Source of the DNA: Callorhinchus milii
Taxonomy: Eukaryota
NCBI RefSeq assembly: GCF_018977255.1
Contig: NW_024704761.1
Location: forward strand, 1,674,001-1,738,000
Length of the DNA: 64,000 nucleotides
Direction: 5' to 3'
Position numbers and translations under genes: made by a program. The notes beneath the pieces are model-generated. The model had not been told where the DNA came from. It saw only the letters and a program-made list of their open reading frames with translations, and ran no database searches. Shown in pieces: positions 12,101 to 27,100 of this stretch. Numbering within the stretch: position 1 is the first letter of the stretch; every line of letters begins with the position of its first letter.

Positions 12101-15100
12101 ACATAGTCTAGGCTGACACTCCAATACAGTGCTGGGAGCTGATTGCATTGTCAGAGGTGCTGTTCTTCGGGCAAGATGTTAAACCAAGGACCCATCTGTC
12201 TGCTCTGCTGGCCATTAAAGATCCCATGGCACTGTTTGAAAAGAGAAGGAAGTTTCTCTCTCTCCCGGTGTCCTGGCCAACAATCCCCCAGATTCAATTG
12301 TTCATTCATTTCATGGCTGTTTGTGGGATATTGCTGGGTGTAAATGATCAAATGCAAGGATTATTATTATTATTATAGACTGCCTCAATCTGCTACAGAA
12401 ACACAATCTCCCCACTTTACGTCAAAAAATCCTGTAAAACGCTTTGAGACGGTATTTGCTTCAGTGAATTGATTTAGGATTATTATAACAACAACAACTT
12501 GCATTTATATAGCGCCCTCCACGCCGGGCGGCGTCCCAGAGTTAAATCAGTTGACGTCACACTGAAGTTATGTGGAACCGAGAGTGCCTCACACAGCTGT
12601 GGTTGCCGGGACAGTGGAGGTTTTAAGGAAGATGTAGAAGCTGAAATCCCGCATAGAATACAGCGGCGCAGGGCTGAGCTCCGGGGATGCTAAGCAGTGA
12701 GTTCTGGTGCTTCGAGGAGAAATGAGTACAAAGGCAAAGCAACAGACGAAATGGGACACACACACCCACTGCATCTTCTAATCTAAATCAACTGGCCTGA
12801 GGCTGCCAGCAGCTAATCCATTTAGCTACTTGGCTCTCCCACTCAGCAAATCAACAACTGCTGCCAAAGCCATTACCATTAAGCAGAGGAAAGCCTCTCG
12901 AATGGACATCTATATGAGAGCATTGTGAATCCCCGAATAGAACCTGATTCATTTAGTCCTTCATGTCAGTTTAAGGATTTTTAAAATTATTATTGAACAT
13001 TGCTTGAAAGGCCGGTGGAAGCCGATTCGATAACAACTTTTAAGAGAGAAGTAGATAATTATTTGGGGAGGACAAGTTTGCAGGGCTATGGGGAGAGCGC
13101 GGGGGAGTGGGGCTGATCAGGGCTATGGGGAGAGAGCGGGGGAGTGGGGTTGATCAGGGCTATGGGGAGTGGGGTTGATCAGGGCTATGGGGAGAGCGCG
13201 GGGGAGTGGGGTTGATCAGGGCTATGGGGAGAGAGCGGGGGAGTGGGGTTGATCAGGGCTATGGGGAGTGGGGTTGATCAGGGCTATGGGGAGAGCGCGG
13301 GAGAGTGGGGTTGACTTGGAAGCTCTTTTCAAAGAGCTGGCACAGACACGATCGGCCGAATGGCCTCCTTCTGCGCTGTATAATTCTGGGACAAGCATTT
13401 ATAATAATAATAATCCTTGCATTTAATATAGCACTGCCTTGACGTCTCAAAGTGTTTCACAGAGTATACTGTAAAGTGTAGTAACTGTATATTTTGAGGG
13501 CGAAACACGGCAGCCAATTGCGCACAGTCGTGACCACATTTTTTTTAGGGGATTATTACACCTGGAAGAGAGAGAGAGAGATAAAGGAACACAGCTCGCA
13601 CTCTAGACTGTATGTAAGGCTTGTTGCAGGCCTCGTGGGGTTAACCAGACATAGCATCTGAGCACAGGAGAAATGTTTTCGATTCTGTATCAAATGTGGT
13701 GGGATTACCGCGAGTGAGTGAGCAAGCGAGCGTCCTGAAGCAGAATCCTCATAAAATGAAAGGAAGGTTGAGTGAAGCTGACAAATTCACGGTACAGCAC
13801 ACGGGGATTAAACCCAACCTACTGCGACTAATCGATCAACGTCTGGAGGCGAGACCATTAAATCTATACGAAAGGGATGGAATTCCCTGCCCAGAAAAAA
13901 AATGAATATTTTTTGAAGTGCCGAGAGGAGCCTCCTTTCACCCTCTAACATACAAACCTGAAGCGCCTTGTAATCTTTACAGAGATCTGCCTGGGGACAG
14001 CTCAGAGATGAGAATAGCCCACTGGCGTGTGAGTGAGTGTGAGTGAAACTAAGACACCACACAGGATGTACAGTAAATCCTGTGAACCATTTTGAGATGT
14101 CTCAATGACGTGATAAAACACTATATCAAATGCAGACATTGTTATTATTATTTGAAACCTTCGTGCACTTTCTACCTCTAGACTACATTGGTTGCATTGC
14201 TGCGTATTATCATTCACTGCAGTCGCAGTTTCCAAAAAAACTGAAAGACAGGAAATATTTTTTTAGGGTTGTCAAATGGTTTTGAAACGTCAGATAAGAA
14301 GTGGCAGACAATGATTACTTTGCTGCTGAACAGTAGCTTTGCGGTTGTAGCCAATGACAGGAGAGAGGACTCACTGAACAAGTAAGCTTTTATGACTGAT
14401 GCCTTACTCAATTCTGGCACTAAACTGTCTCTATCAACAGAACCATGAAGGCAAATGGCAGGTGCCTGATTCAAAGATAATTCAAAGACTTGATGATTCA
14501 GCCGCAGGCTACAGCTTTCACAGCGGAATGTGAAAATTAACTACATGTCCAGAGGTGAAGCAACAATTCATATTTATTTACAGCCTTTCACATCAGAAGG
14601 ACGTCGCAAAGAGCTTCACACAGCTGTCTGGGAGCCTGAGTGGGGTGGGGGGGAGGTAGGAGTGGCCGAAGTGGCAGGTCTTAAGGCAGGAGTTGAAGGC
14701 GGAGAGGATGGGTGAGGTGAAGGAATCTGGGAATAGAATTCCAGATGTGAAAGTGGGTGACACTGATAAAAAGCTGACAGGTGAGGAGAAGCCAGAAACT
14801 CAAGGCTGTTTTCACTGACTGCACTTTACAGTATAATCTGTGAAATGCTTTCAGACGTCCTCGCAATGTGAAAGGCGCTATGTCAAATGCAAGGATGATT
14901 ATTGTTAATAACAGCTTGAAAACTAGAAATCAGGAACACAAGATCTAATGTCAGCCCAGATGACAAAATTGACCTTAAGATGGGTTGTGCAACGTGAGGT
15001 CATCATTCTCAAGTTACAAGAAAAAACCCTTTCCAAGTTAGTATAAATCTGTGACTGATTTCCCTGGAATTAAAGATGTGTTTTAATTGACAGTCACTTT

Positions 15101-18100
15101 CTCTCCAGTCTCCTCGGGGATCTTATTCTTGTTTATTGAAATTTCCAGACAGAACTGAACAGAGAGGGAGTGGATGGTTTCTCTTGCTATCCTATTGCAA
15201 ATCAAATGCTTATCGAGGTCGTTAAAGCCAAAACAAGTGCTGCATCTTTAAAAGTCTGCGGTGTTTCGTCAACTGCTTCCCTCGTGACTTAGGCACGTCC
15301 TGAAGTCCTCCCAATTTGCTTTCCAGTGAAGTCCGGGGTATAAATTGCCAGTATTTTCATGCCAGGTTACAGTTTGTGGTTATGCACAATTGATCTAGAC
15401 ATGTCACTATTTTATGAGGTGATGGGATTAAAAGCCTGAGCCGGGCAAATGTCTGACCCGTGTCCGAAACGTGATCTCTGAGCTGACACTTGCTTTGGAA
15501 ATGTTCTTCTTTTTGAGTGCAGTTTAGTTTTGCAGCAGTAAATTATTCACGATAAGTTTCATTTCACATGGAGGTGCCCGCCTGCCCACCGTTAAGCAGT
15601 GGGAGACTCCTGATCCCAGGCAGTTGACGGTTCGATCACTTACCCTTTGAGTTCCTGCATTTTAGGAAGAGGCAGACAAAGGCAGCCAGCAAGCGACTCA
15701 AGAGAGTCCAGGGCCAGCACAGGAGAAAGCAGATTACAGCACTAACCATCAGTCTTGCATTTGATATAGCGCCTCATCACATCAAAGCATGTCCCTTTTG
15801 GAGCAGAGTGACTGTATTTGTCCTGGTGGGGTTCAGACTCTGTCACAGGCCAGTGCTCTGGGATGCTACCCCTTGTGAACGGATCTGTATAAATGCGAGT
15901 TGTTATTGTTGTTGTTGAAACAGTCAGGATTCCTGCTTTTGATCCTCAGCCTTTGCCTTCTTCTGAAGCGTGAGAGTGCAAGGACAAGCTTTGCTCTTGG
16001 TCTATCAGTCTGTCAGCATTCCCACATGTGAGGAAAGAAGACTTGGATGACATATCAGAGTGTCTGGAGCCAGGTGAACCTGGGACTAGTGGAGATTCAA
16101 AGTCCTTGGCAAGTGTGGAGTGGGGGAAGGAGGAAATAAGGAAAATGAAAAGATCTTTACAAATCCTAGGAGGCACATTTACAGTGAATGAGTGGTTCTG
16201 CAGGCTGAGTTAATGCAATTTTAAATTTTGATAGCCTCACTGAATATTCACAGCTTCTCAATCACTTAACAGTGAAATTCTGTTCTCTTCTAATCGAGGA
16301 ACCGAAGGCTAGAAAATGGAACCTTTTCCCCATTTGAAGTCCCAGCATCCAGCACTTTCTGGTCAGGTACCACATGAGGAATGTACACAGTAAAGCTGTG
16401 CTGTTGCTATATGCAAATTGACTATTGTGTTCACCTCAAAATACACAGTCTCTACACTTTGCGTTAAATCCTGTGAAGCACTTTGAGACAAACCGCCATT
16501 AAGTGAACGACTAATTTGTTGGCCAGGCCACATGCAGGAACTCCCTTCTCTTTTTAAATAGCGGCATGAGATCTTCACCATCCACCTCTAAAGGCAGATA
16601 GCTTCAAGCTCGGTTTAACAGCTTGTCTGAAGAATGGCAACTCCTGACCATTCAGCGATTCCCCACCACCGCGCCAGAGTGGCAGACTGGACCAGGGCTT
16701 TCCGTTATCTCTGACAAAGCAAATTAGCTTAATTTGGCCCCCACAGGCACTTTATTTTATGCGTTTGTTCGAATTGTCTTGCAGTGCATTTTTTTTTCAA
16801 AAGAAACATTTTTTATTTCGCTAAAGAACTATCAGGAACTGAACCCAAGATGCCAGAAGCAGTCTGCTCACTGCTGCCTGAGTCACACTGACGTCCATTA
16901 AATAAATCTTAGGGCTCAGCCTGAGATCACGTCAGTATTCAGACAGACTTCAAATCAGATTACCTGATACATTGGAAACGTTAAACCAAGGAAATGGGAT
17001 TCTTAATGAAACGGGTTTGGGTGAATCGAGTCGCGGGAGCTAATTGTATGTCATTCCACAATCATGTACTACAGCTGCGATTTAACATCTAGGATTAGTC
17101 ACTTGAGGTTATTATTTTCCGTACAACTCGTTGTGCAGGTGAGCTACAATTTGAAGACACGAGGGATACTTCAGCTACAAGACATTCATTACAACAGAAG
17201 CATTCGAAACAGGTTGCTGCTAATCAGGTTTCAAAGCGGTGAGGGGGCGGGGAAGAGATTCGGTGAAACTCAGTGAATTTCCCTAAAGATAATAATAACA
17301 ATCCTTGCATTTGATACAGCGCCTTTTCATGGCTTTGAGGCATCTCAAAGAGCTTCACGGGATACACTGTGACGTGAATTGACTGTATATTTTGTGGGCG
17401 AAAAGATGCCAGGGTGTTGGATCAACAGCAACAACAAATTGCATTTTTACACAGTGCCTCTCACATCTGGAGGACGTCCCAAGGTGCTGGACAGTCAAGA
17501 ATTTCTGCACCTGAGCTGCCAGCCTGCCAGGGAGAATGGTGTTAAAGCGTGCGAGCCCGGTGAGCTTGTGAGCAGAGGCGACTGAGCAGCAGGACACGGG
17601 CAGGTCGGTTGAGTTTGGCGTTGGCTGCGGGGGCGGGCGAGAACAGTCGGCACTTGTCAAATCTTGTTATTAACGATTGCACGGGACCACAGGTGTGTGC
17701 AGGCTGAGCAACGCTGGCCAGCGGACATGTTAATTGGGTCATTGATGAAGACAGCTGAGGCTTGGCAAATTGAAATCCTGTCTTATTGGCAGATAAAAGT
17801 CGCGATGCCGAACGGTTAAACCTTACTGATACCAACCACAACAACTCGCATTTATACCCAGAGCGCTCGACAGTGGCGGAGCGCGACACCGAGCCGGGGG
17901 GGGGGGGAGTGAGGGGGGGTTGGGAGGTGACCGTAGGCACGGTCGGTCGAACAGGACGGTCTTCAGGCGCGATCTGAAGATGGGGAAGGAAGGGGCGAGG
18001 CGGAGGGATGGAGGAAGAGTGTTCCAGAATTTCGGGGCGCAGTGGCTGAAAGTGCGGCCTCCGATGGTGGAGTGGGACACGTAGGAGGCCGGAGCCAGTC

Positions 18101-21100
18101 AGCACGTGACGCTGGACAAGCTCTCTCTCTCTCTCTGTGCTAGTGCTGCTATCACAGGGCCTGGCCTGGCTCTCTGGGAATCACGGCATTCCTCGCAGGC
18201 TTTGTTGACATCAGCAATCAGACACTTCATGGCATCTCCTCTTCGCGCCCCCCCCCCCCCCCTCCCTGTTCCACGCTTGGATGGCAAAGATTTTGGAGCG
18301 GATACTGAGTTGCCATGGAGACTGTCAGACTGATCGGCCCGCCTCGCAGATGTGCCCGGGTGACGCTCATTCACAATGAGAGTCTGAGCCAAGGAAACAC
18401 AAACTGTGTTTTGACAAAGTGCTTTTGATGAAAGGGAGAGGGGGGGAGAGAGAGAGCGAGACAGAGAGAGCGACAGAGAGAGAGCGAGCGAGCGACAGAG
18501 AGAGAGCGAGCGAGCGACAGAGAGAGAGCGACAGACAGAGAGCGAGACAGAGAGAGCAAAACAGAGACAGAGAGACAGAGAGAGCGAAACAGAGACAGAG
18601 AGAGACAGAGAGAGAATAATGAGGTCACATCAGAAGCATTTATTAATGCACTCAAACGCTGAACATTTTCGACAGAGTGCAGACTCACTTTATGACCCGA
18701 CAATCGCCTTTACAGGTGTCAGCCGCGCGTTGTCCCACCTTGGTGCAATAAATCAGGTGGCACGGTGTGTGCGGCTGATGCCTGGTTCAGGCTGTTAGAA
18801 AGCTGGCACGGACACTAACACAGGTCGGTTGTCATCAGTGCTGCGCTGTTTATATTTATGGCTCCCTCCTATATACCATGATGCTTGAGACTCCCTGAGG
18901 AACTCATAATGAACCTAGATAGCGTAGCGGAGGCAGTGAGCTGGCTCCTAATACCTGTACAATAATATAATCCTTGCATTTGATACAGCGCATTATCACG
19001 TATTCAAGACGTCTCAAAGCGTTTCACAGAATATACTGTAAAGTGAAGTAAATTTTTGGGGGAAAACGCGGCAGCCAATTGTGCACAGCAGTGCCCCACA
19101 CACAGTCGTGGATTGAGTGACTTACTGCTCGGTAAACAGAGGCTTGTGGAGTAAGGAAAATTGTCCAACATTTTGCCCTGCCCGGAAATCGAACCCAGGT
19201 CCTGATAGATAAAGATAGAAAAAGGTTTGACTTGCACACTCCATTTCATGGTGTCGAGTCATAAATGGTCAGATACATTCCAGGATCTAGCCACACTCCA
19301 CTCCTTCGCACCAGTTGTAACTCATTATAGGCACTGGGTGGGAGGTGAGAGATTTTTTATTTATAATGAATATAATTAAAGCCACTTTGTATGGAGAACT
19401 GGCCTGTATTCAAACCGTGGGCTGAGGGTGTGAGGTCAACAGCTGCAAAGGAACTTGCCAAGTTTAACACCAATTTCATTGCTCAACCTCAGAGCAAAAC
19501 GAAGCTTCATCATTCTCACTTCCACGGATTGCGCCTGTGTGAGCCAGCGTCCCATCAGCAGAAAACAAATACTACATCCAGTGGTCTGTAAGTCAACAGT
19601 GTCTAAACGGCATCTCCTGGAGTCAGTCCTGCAGCTCAGTGGTTAGAACACACGCCCTGCAAGCGAGAGGACCTGGGTTCGATTCCCAGGCAGGGCGAAA
19701 CATTGGGCAAGTTTCCTTACAACACACGCCTCTGTTTACCTAGCAGGAAGTAAGGAACTCGGTTGTTAGTCGATTGGCTGTTCTGTGCTGCCATCAGCAG
19801 TGCCCTGGAGTCCTGCAGACCCGCCGGGCTCAGGAACCGGACTAGAGACCGGCACAGAGGATGGACTGGATTCCGACATTCCGTTGGCAAAAATGTCACC
19901 TCGGAGCCAGTTCGGAGACCCTGCTCACCTCCCTCCCAAGGAGGACAGCCAGCATTCATGCAAGAGAAAAGCAAACCAAACCCCCTTTTGAAGTCACAGA
20001 TTGGGAAAGAAACCGCTTTGAACACTGACTAACCTGTTGCTGATCGAAAGTGAAAACCTGTTGGTTGTATTAGTGCTAATCACAAACATAAATGTTTGAG
20101 TTTGCGGCAAACTCAGTAACCGTCCCACAAACCGCAATACGAATTCAATACAAGGGCAGCTGGAGGGAGATCAGTGCGAGTCTGAGAAAGAGCTTTCTGA
20201 TGGAAATACGTCGCTTGCATAATGTTTTCTTATTAATAATTCAAAGCCACATGCTGTACCGAACGGCAAGGGAACAGGAAGCACAGATCCAGACAGACAA
20301 GAGTTCAGAGTCAAGAGCAATCATTTGTTGATGTTTTAATGTGCTGTCTTTACTGTATAATATTACCATTAAATGCACCAGCTCGGCTCTGGATGCTGAC
20401 GGGGGGGGGAAAGAGCTTAACGTTACTGATAAGCTGACAGAACAGGAGCACCTCTTACTGGTAAAGGCAGGAAAGCACAGCTAGTGGCATTACCTCTCCA
20501 TGTGGCGAGCTTTCACACACCGTAATCAAAGCAACCGAACCAGACTCCGCACGATAAACCTTAATCTACAAGTTCAGGCGCACTCGAATTGCAGCCTTCA
20601 GTCCGAGGCAGCAGTCTATCATTTAGAAATCCGCCGTGCAAAGAGTTGCTATTAGCAGCGAAGCGGGAACGCAAATGTTGAACATAATAAAATCACAATG
20701 GGGATCCGAGCAGAGTAACCCACCCAGAGGCGCTCGGCACGTCGGGAGATTTTCACGCGTCGAAAGATTCGACTTGGAAACAGACGCAGGGATTTTTTTT
20801 TAAACAATGGTGAAAGAACTCCCTTTTTTTTTTAACGATTAATGGAAGTATTTCATACGCCACTGACTATCACATTAAAACATCTAAAACATCTACAGGG
20901 ATTGCTGACGAGTTTTTATGAGGTTGGTGGCGTTTTTCTCCTTCTGCTTTACCTTTGCTTTTCTTTGCTCTGGTTTCCCCGCCACCTGATCGCCCCCCCC
21001 ACCCCCAGACGCACTCACACACTTCCCCAACAGACTGGTCAAGCATTCAGTATGTGGGCAACTGTAAAGTCACAATGTACCATGTCACACAGCAGGGTGT

Positions 21101-24100
21101 AGTGAGGGCAATGCACCAACGCACCAATCTCTGGAATTTCCATGGAGAATAATAATATAGCGCCTTATCATGTCTTCGAGACGTCTCCAAGCGCTTCACA
21201 GGATGCACTGTAAAAGCGGAGTGACTGTATGTTTTGTGAGCAAAGTTGCTATTAGAATGCACAGCCCACAGAGTGAGGGACACCCTGTGCTTGTCTGGTC
21301 TGTTCTACCTCATTCATCAGCCACTTTATCGATTAAAGGAACTACCCGTCGTGTTTAATAGCCTGGGTCATGAGCATGCTGTGGGACAAGTAAACTGCAA
21401 GTAAGCTTTTCTGGCAGAAGCTTTTACCAATTTCCATAAAGCACGTTATTAGCTCCTGAGCCATTAGAAATTCAATGGGATTTTCCTCCAAGCTGACAAG
21501 TGCAACTGTAAATCTTCTTGAATTGCCTGGAGACATGCAGTGAATCAATAAAGTGAAACAGAACAACTTCATTGTCCTTTCTTCCATGTGGAAATCGTGT
21601 GTTTTAACCAAATACTGTATTTACATGTGGGGCTATTATTAATTGATCCCTTTATTTCTCTCAGAACACCAAACTTTATGATGATAATAATATTAATCCT
21701 TGCATTTGATATAGCACCTTTTCAGGTCTTCGAGACGTCTCAGCGCGCTTCACACAATATAGTGTAAAGTGGATTGAGAGCTGAAATGACCTTTTTGTGC
21801 TGTGGATTTGTATGAATCAATGATTAGGCAACTGTAAAAATCCTTCCGTTTGACATTTGAGAGGATGTCTGAGACTGCTTAACAGGATTTACTGTAAAAT
21901 CGTAATGACTGTGTAGGTGAATATCCAGCGAGAGTTTGCCCACAGCAATGTCTTACGAACAATCATACAGAGAAGGATTCATTATATCTGGGGGATTGTT
22001 GACCAGACATTGAGAGAAACTCGTTTCTCTTTTCAAATAGTGCCATGGGATTTCTAACGTCTCCCTGAAAAGAGTCAGGACCTTGACTGAATGTCATCCG
22101 AACAATGGTTTGATAGGTAATGGGAATAGAGCGGGGAATTGAATTAAGGATGGACGGCTTCCTGGAGGAGAGGCACTGACAGAAAATATTTAGCTGAAAT
22201 AGCTCCTCATGCGACTTATATTTCTACAATTTTATCCTCGAGCTATCAGGAACTGTGAGAATTCAGGTATTCAGGAAACGCTGCAAGTGAAGATGTGATC
22301 TCTGCAGTCACTTCCCTGATGTGGAAATGCAACACAGGCTTTGTACCGTAGAAGATGGCAGTTCCTTTAATCAATAGCCTCCGAAACGTCTGATGAATGA
22401 GGCAATTACCTAGACTAGTAGCTCACTCACAGGATGTACTTCACCCTCTACACCATACAGGCTAGCTAGGAACCTCCAGTTTAAATAGTTTCTATTCTAG
22501 GCCTTTCACTTATAGCTTTCGAGTGCTTTGACTGGGAAAAAAAATTTGGTCCATGACTGTTTTGTGGGACGTTGCTGTGCGGGATTGGCTGCTGCATTTC
22601 ACCCTCAAAATATACAGTCAATTTACTTTACAGTATATTCTGTGAAGCGCTTTGAGACGTCTCAACGATGCGATAAGGCACTAGATTAAATGCAAGGAAT
22701 ATTTATTTATTACATAAGTTAAATTGTATTGAGTTACACCTGTATATTTTGTAATTGAGTAATTCTCTCCCCTTCTCAACCACATGCATAATGCATCATT
22801 GCAAAGTTTCTAGCTGAAACAGCAAATTATTCCAAATGTGTGTAGTCTGTTTTCTCAAATATTCAGCCTTTCTTTTCCCCATTTTGATGTAAGTTATAAA
22901 ACCCTGGCTTGTACTAAGCAATAAAGTCGGGTTAGTGAGCGAGTGAATACACTGCAACTGAGAGATGCCAGAAAAATAATGCAGTGTGTGTGAGAAAACA
23001 TCAACATATGCTGTCTACAGAAGAAATATCGCATCAATTATTTCCAATCTTCTATTTTCACTGGAGCTGCTTAGAGGGGAATATGTAACGTATGAATATT
23101 TCTGTTCAGTTGTTTTCGTAATTCAGGATTCACATTAGCCTGAATGTGAATTAATAATCATCTTTGTATTTGATACAGCGCCTTATCACATCGTTGAGGC
23201 GTCTCACAGCGCTTCACAGAATACATTGCAAGGTAGATTGACTGTGTATTTTGTGGGCAAAACGCGGCAGCCAATTGCGCACGGCAGCGTCCCACAAACA
23301 GTCACGGATTGAGTGACCGCATCTTTTTCTCTCTCTTTTTATGGAGGGATTATTACCTCCGGAAAGCGATCCATCAATCGACTAACAACCGAGTCCCTAA
23401 TTCCTGCTACATAAACAGAAGCATGTGGAATAAGGAAACTTGCCTAAGGTTTCGCCTCGCCCGGGAATCGAACCCAGGTCCTCTCGCTTGCGAGGCGAGC
23501 TCGCTAACCACCGAGCTACGGAATTACTGTGGACCCTTTGATATAACTTGTCCCTTATTAACAATAATAATCCTTGAATTTGATAAAGCAACTCGTCAAA
23601 ACTCCTCAAAGCTCTTCACAGGATTTAATGTTTCGTCACTGTGTATTTTGTAGGCAAACACGTCAACCAATTTGTACACAACAACGTCCCACAAACAGTA
23701 ATGAAGTGAATGACCTATTTTATCTCAGGGATTGTTGGCCAGGGCACCAGGAGAGAAGCTCCCTGCTCATTTTCTCTTTTTGAGTAATGCCCTGGAAAAA
23801 TGCTTTTCACCCACATGTTAAATGAACCAACGCATTAATGAGTTCCACAATCACCTTCACATTATTACATTTAATATATAATAATGAGAAAACATTTTAT
23901 GCTTCTCCTGACTAGATTAAATGGGTTTTCATTTCACTCCGATTTAACTGCGATGTTATTGTTGTCAATAATTACTTAAAATTGAATAACATTTCACAAA
24001 TGAGAGACAATTCACTTCTGCACTCAACCCAAACCTCTGCATAACACAGCAGTACATCCAGGGTTTAAAGTGTAATGCAAATTCAATATGCAAGAAAGAG

Positions 24101-27100
24101 GGTTATGATTCATTCATCCATTTATGAAAGCTTCATGTCCGATCCTATAAAACCTTCATAAAATACAGCTCAACCTCAATGAAAACAAATTCAAATTGTT
24201 CTGTGAAATCAGTCAGCTCCTGTAGTTTTCAGACCAATTTGCTAACTCATCTGCTTATTCCTGAGGTTTACGAGCCGAGCTATAAAGCAGTGCGGAAATG
24301 TACAACAGCTGTACGACATACCCCACTGAAGAAATCAATAAAAGTATTCACTCATATCAGATGGAATCCATTAGCTCCAAGTGAGTATGTCCTTGTGTCA
24401 CTATGTGGAAAATTGGCTCAGTATATCACGATTATGGCCGGTCAGCCTTTTCCCTTATGGGCCTGTACACTGGGACAGAGAGAGGACCCTGGACAGAGCA
24501 TCAAATGATACATGAAATGCAATGAAGGATGAATCTCTTTGAAGATGTCCTTCCTGCACTGTGACCTGGAAAGGAATCGCGCATAAAGAGGTAATAATGG
24601 AAATATATATATAATAATCCTTGCATTTGATACAGCGTCTTATCACATCTCCGAGACGTCTCAAAGCGCTTCACAGAATAGCCTGTAAAGTGAACTGACT
24701 GTATATTTGTGGGCGAAACACGGCAGGCAATTGCGCACAGCAGTGTCCCACAAACAGCCGTGGATTAAGTGACCAAACTATTATATTTTTTTCTTGAGGG
24801 ACCATTATCAGGCGGGTGGAATAAGGAAACTTGCCTAAGGTTTCGCCCTGCCGGGAATCAAACTCCGATCTCTCGCTTGCGAGGCGAGTGCTCTAACCCC
24901 TGAGCTACAGGACTCCACTGAGGTGATGGCAAAAGGCAAACCTAACCCTCGTGGAGGCTTGTGCCCAAGCTTCTCATTTTCTGCTTCGAGTCATCATTCG
25001 GATAATGATATTATAGTCATGATTACTTTGCAGTGAATCTTGTACCGAATGGGAAGCTTATGGCTCATTCATATTGAGCTGGAGGTCTCCAAGTGCTTCG
25101 CAAGATTCACAGGAAAGTAGTGACCGGGTACTTTGTAAGCGAATACAACAGCAATAACCCACAAACGGCCATGAAGTGAATGACCAGTTTTATCTGGGGG
25201 ACTGTTGGCCATGTGAACAGGCAGACGGGACCCTTAACAACTTAACTTGTCATCTGAAGATCGGCACCTCCAACAATGCAAAACGACAAAGAGAACAACG
25301 CTGGATACGAGGGGTTGTATCCAGATCTTCCCCAGTAATTTTCTGCCCCAGCTATTCACTTTACAGTATATTCTGTGAAGCGCTTTGAGACGTGTCAACG
25401 ACGCGGTGAGGCGCTGTATCAAATTCAAGGATTAATATTAATATTATTATTATTACCTCTGCTCCTGAGGAGGAGGGATTTGGATACATTCACTAAATCG
25501 GGGAAGTTCTGGAGTTGTGGAGACCCCGTTGCAATTTATAAAATAATGATTTCACATCGATACGAGGGATTACTTATCGAGGATTCCCGTTCCTTGAAGG
25601 GGATTCATCGTCAGCTCCTCGCGAAAATAAAGCGACGAAAAGGAGAATGACATTATTGGGAGAGTGGATTTTCAGCACGCTGCTCTTATCAGGAAATGTC
25701 AGGCTGCTCCATATAATCCTCCAGCTAGCTACTGCTTCTCAGACACTTTCCTTTTGTTGTACTGCATAATGCCAAGCACACATCCTCCTCCTCCTCCTCT
25801 CAGTATATCCCTCGTCGCTTTATTGCCTCCAATATATCAGGGGCTTCTGACTGACTCAGTGCCAGATCACAACCATCCTTTTGCCTAAAACCTTAGGCAA
25901 GTTTCCTTATTCCTCGGTTTACCAGTCGATTGGTGGATCGCTTTTCTGGGGGCAATGATCCCTTCAAAAAAATGATAATTTGGTCACTCAGTCCACCACT
26001 GTTTGTGGGACAGCGCTGTGCGCAACTGACTGCCGCATTTCACCCACAAAATATACAGTCACTACACATTACAGTGTGTCCTGCGAAGCGCTTTGAGGCG
26101 TCTCGCAGAGGTGATAAAGTGCTGCATCAAATGTAAGGATTATTATTAGTATTATTTGCTTATCTCTGAATCACGAGATGACAGACTTAACAAAGGAGAC
26201 GCGTCCTGTGGGAGGCGGTGCGGAGAGGGCCAGGCTGCGTGCCAGAGGCAGAGCCAGCTATTCAGACAATGGAGACGTCATTCTGTAAGGGTGGCAGAGA
26301 GACACCTACACACAAAATACCTAAACAGGTTTGCTCGCATTATACCACTAACCTTCCTGGAACGCTGTTCAGTCTGACACCTGAACAGGCTGTTTTAATG
26401 TCTCAGAAAACGACAGGGAAAGTGAAGAGTCTCCAGCAAAAAAAAAATGCACTTTTCAACCCTTACACACGGCTACGAAATGCGCAGTTCACGGATCGTT
26501 CCGACACCAGCACGAGATTTCTGAACCGCAAAAGCCGAGAGCAAAGTGGAGTATGTATCGTATAAGCCCACGCCCAGGCTGAGTGGCATCAATTAACAAC
26601 CCCTGGCATTTCTCGTTGATGACTGTTTGGAATTTAATTGGCACAGCCTCAAGCCCAAGTGGCCTCAGCACAGCTTAAAATGATCTGTGTAGAGAAGCTC
26701 GCGGAACTGAAATCTCTACAGTATTAATCGTCAATGTCCCTGGGATTCTGTTACCTCATCCACCTGGAATAAGCTCGACCACAACAACATTTTAGAATGT
26801 GACTTCTGACGGTTAAAACCGCAGTTTCTTAAAAGAAGTCTTTCCCTTTTCCAGGTTTCTCTCTCCCTCTCCCCCTCGTGTTGGGGGGGCTATTTGATAA
26901 GACGCTGACTGATCTGCTCTTCACCCAAATGCTCATCCTTCACACGTTAGGTGTGTTCTACGCGGTCAGGTTATTCAACCAGTTGGGATACAAAGCACAG
27001 CACAGCTTGATTCTGTTTGCTCCCAATGCCCCGGACGCAAACACTGCCCTACAGGAGTCACTGGGTAGCAATCAGGAGGGTTCTGAACGCTGGCAGAAGC

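Noticed and set aside
13081-13315. CRISPR-like regular repeats
   Set aside because: Eukaryotic context, no unique spacers and no cas genes; it is a tandem repeat.
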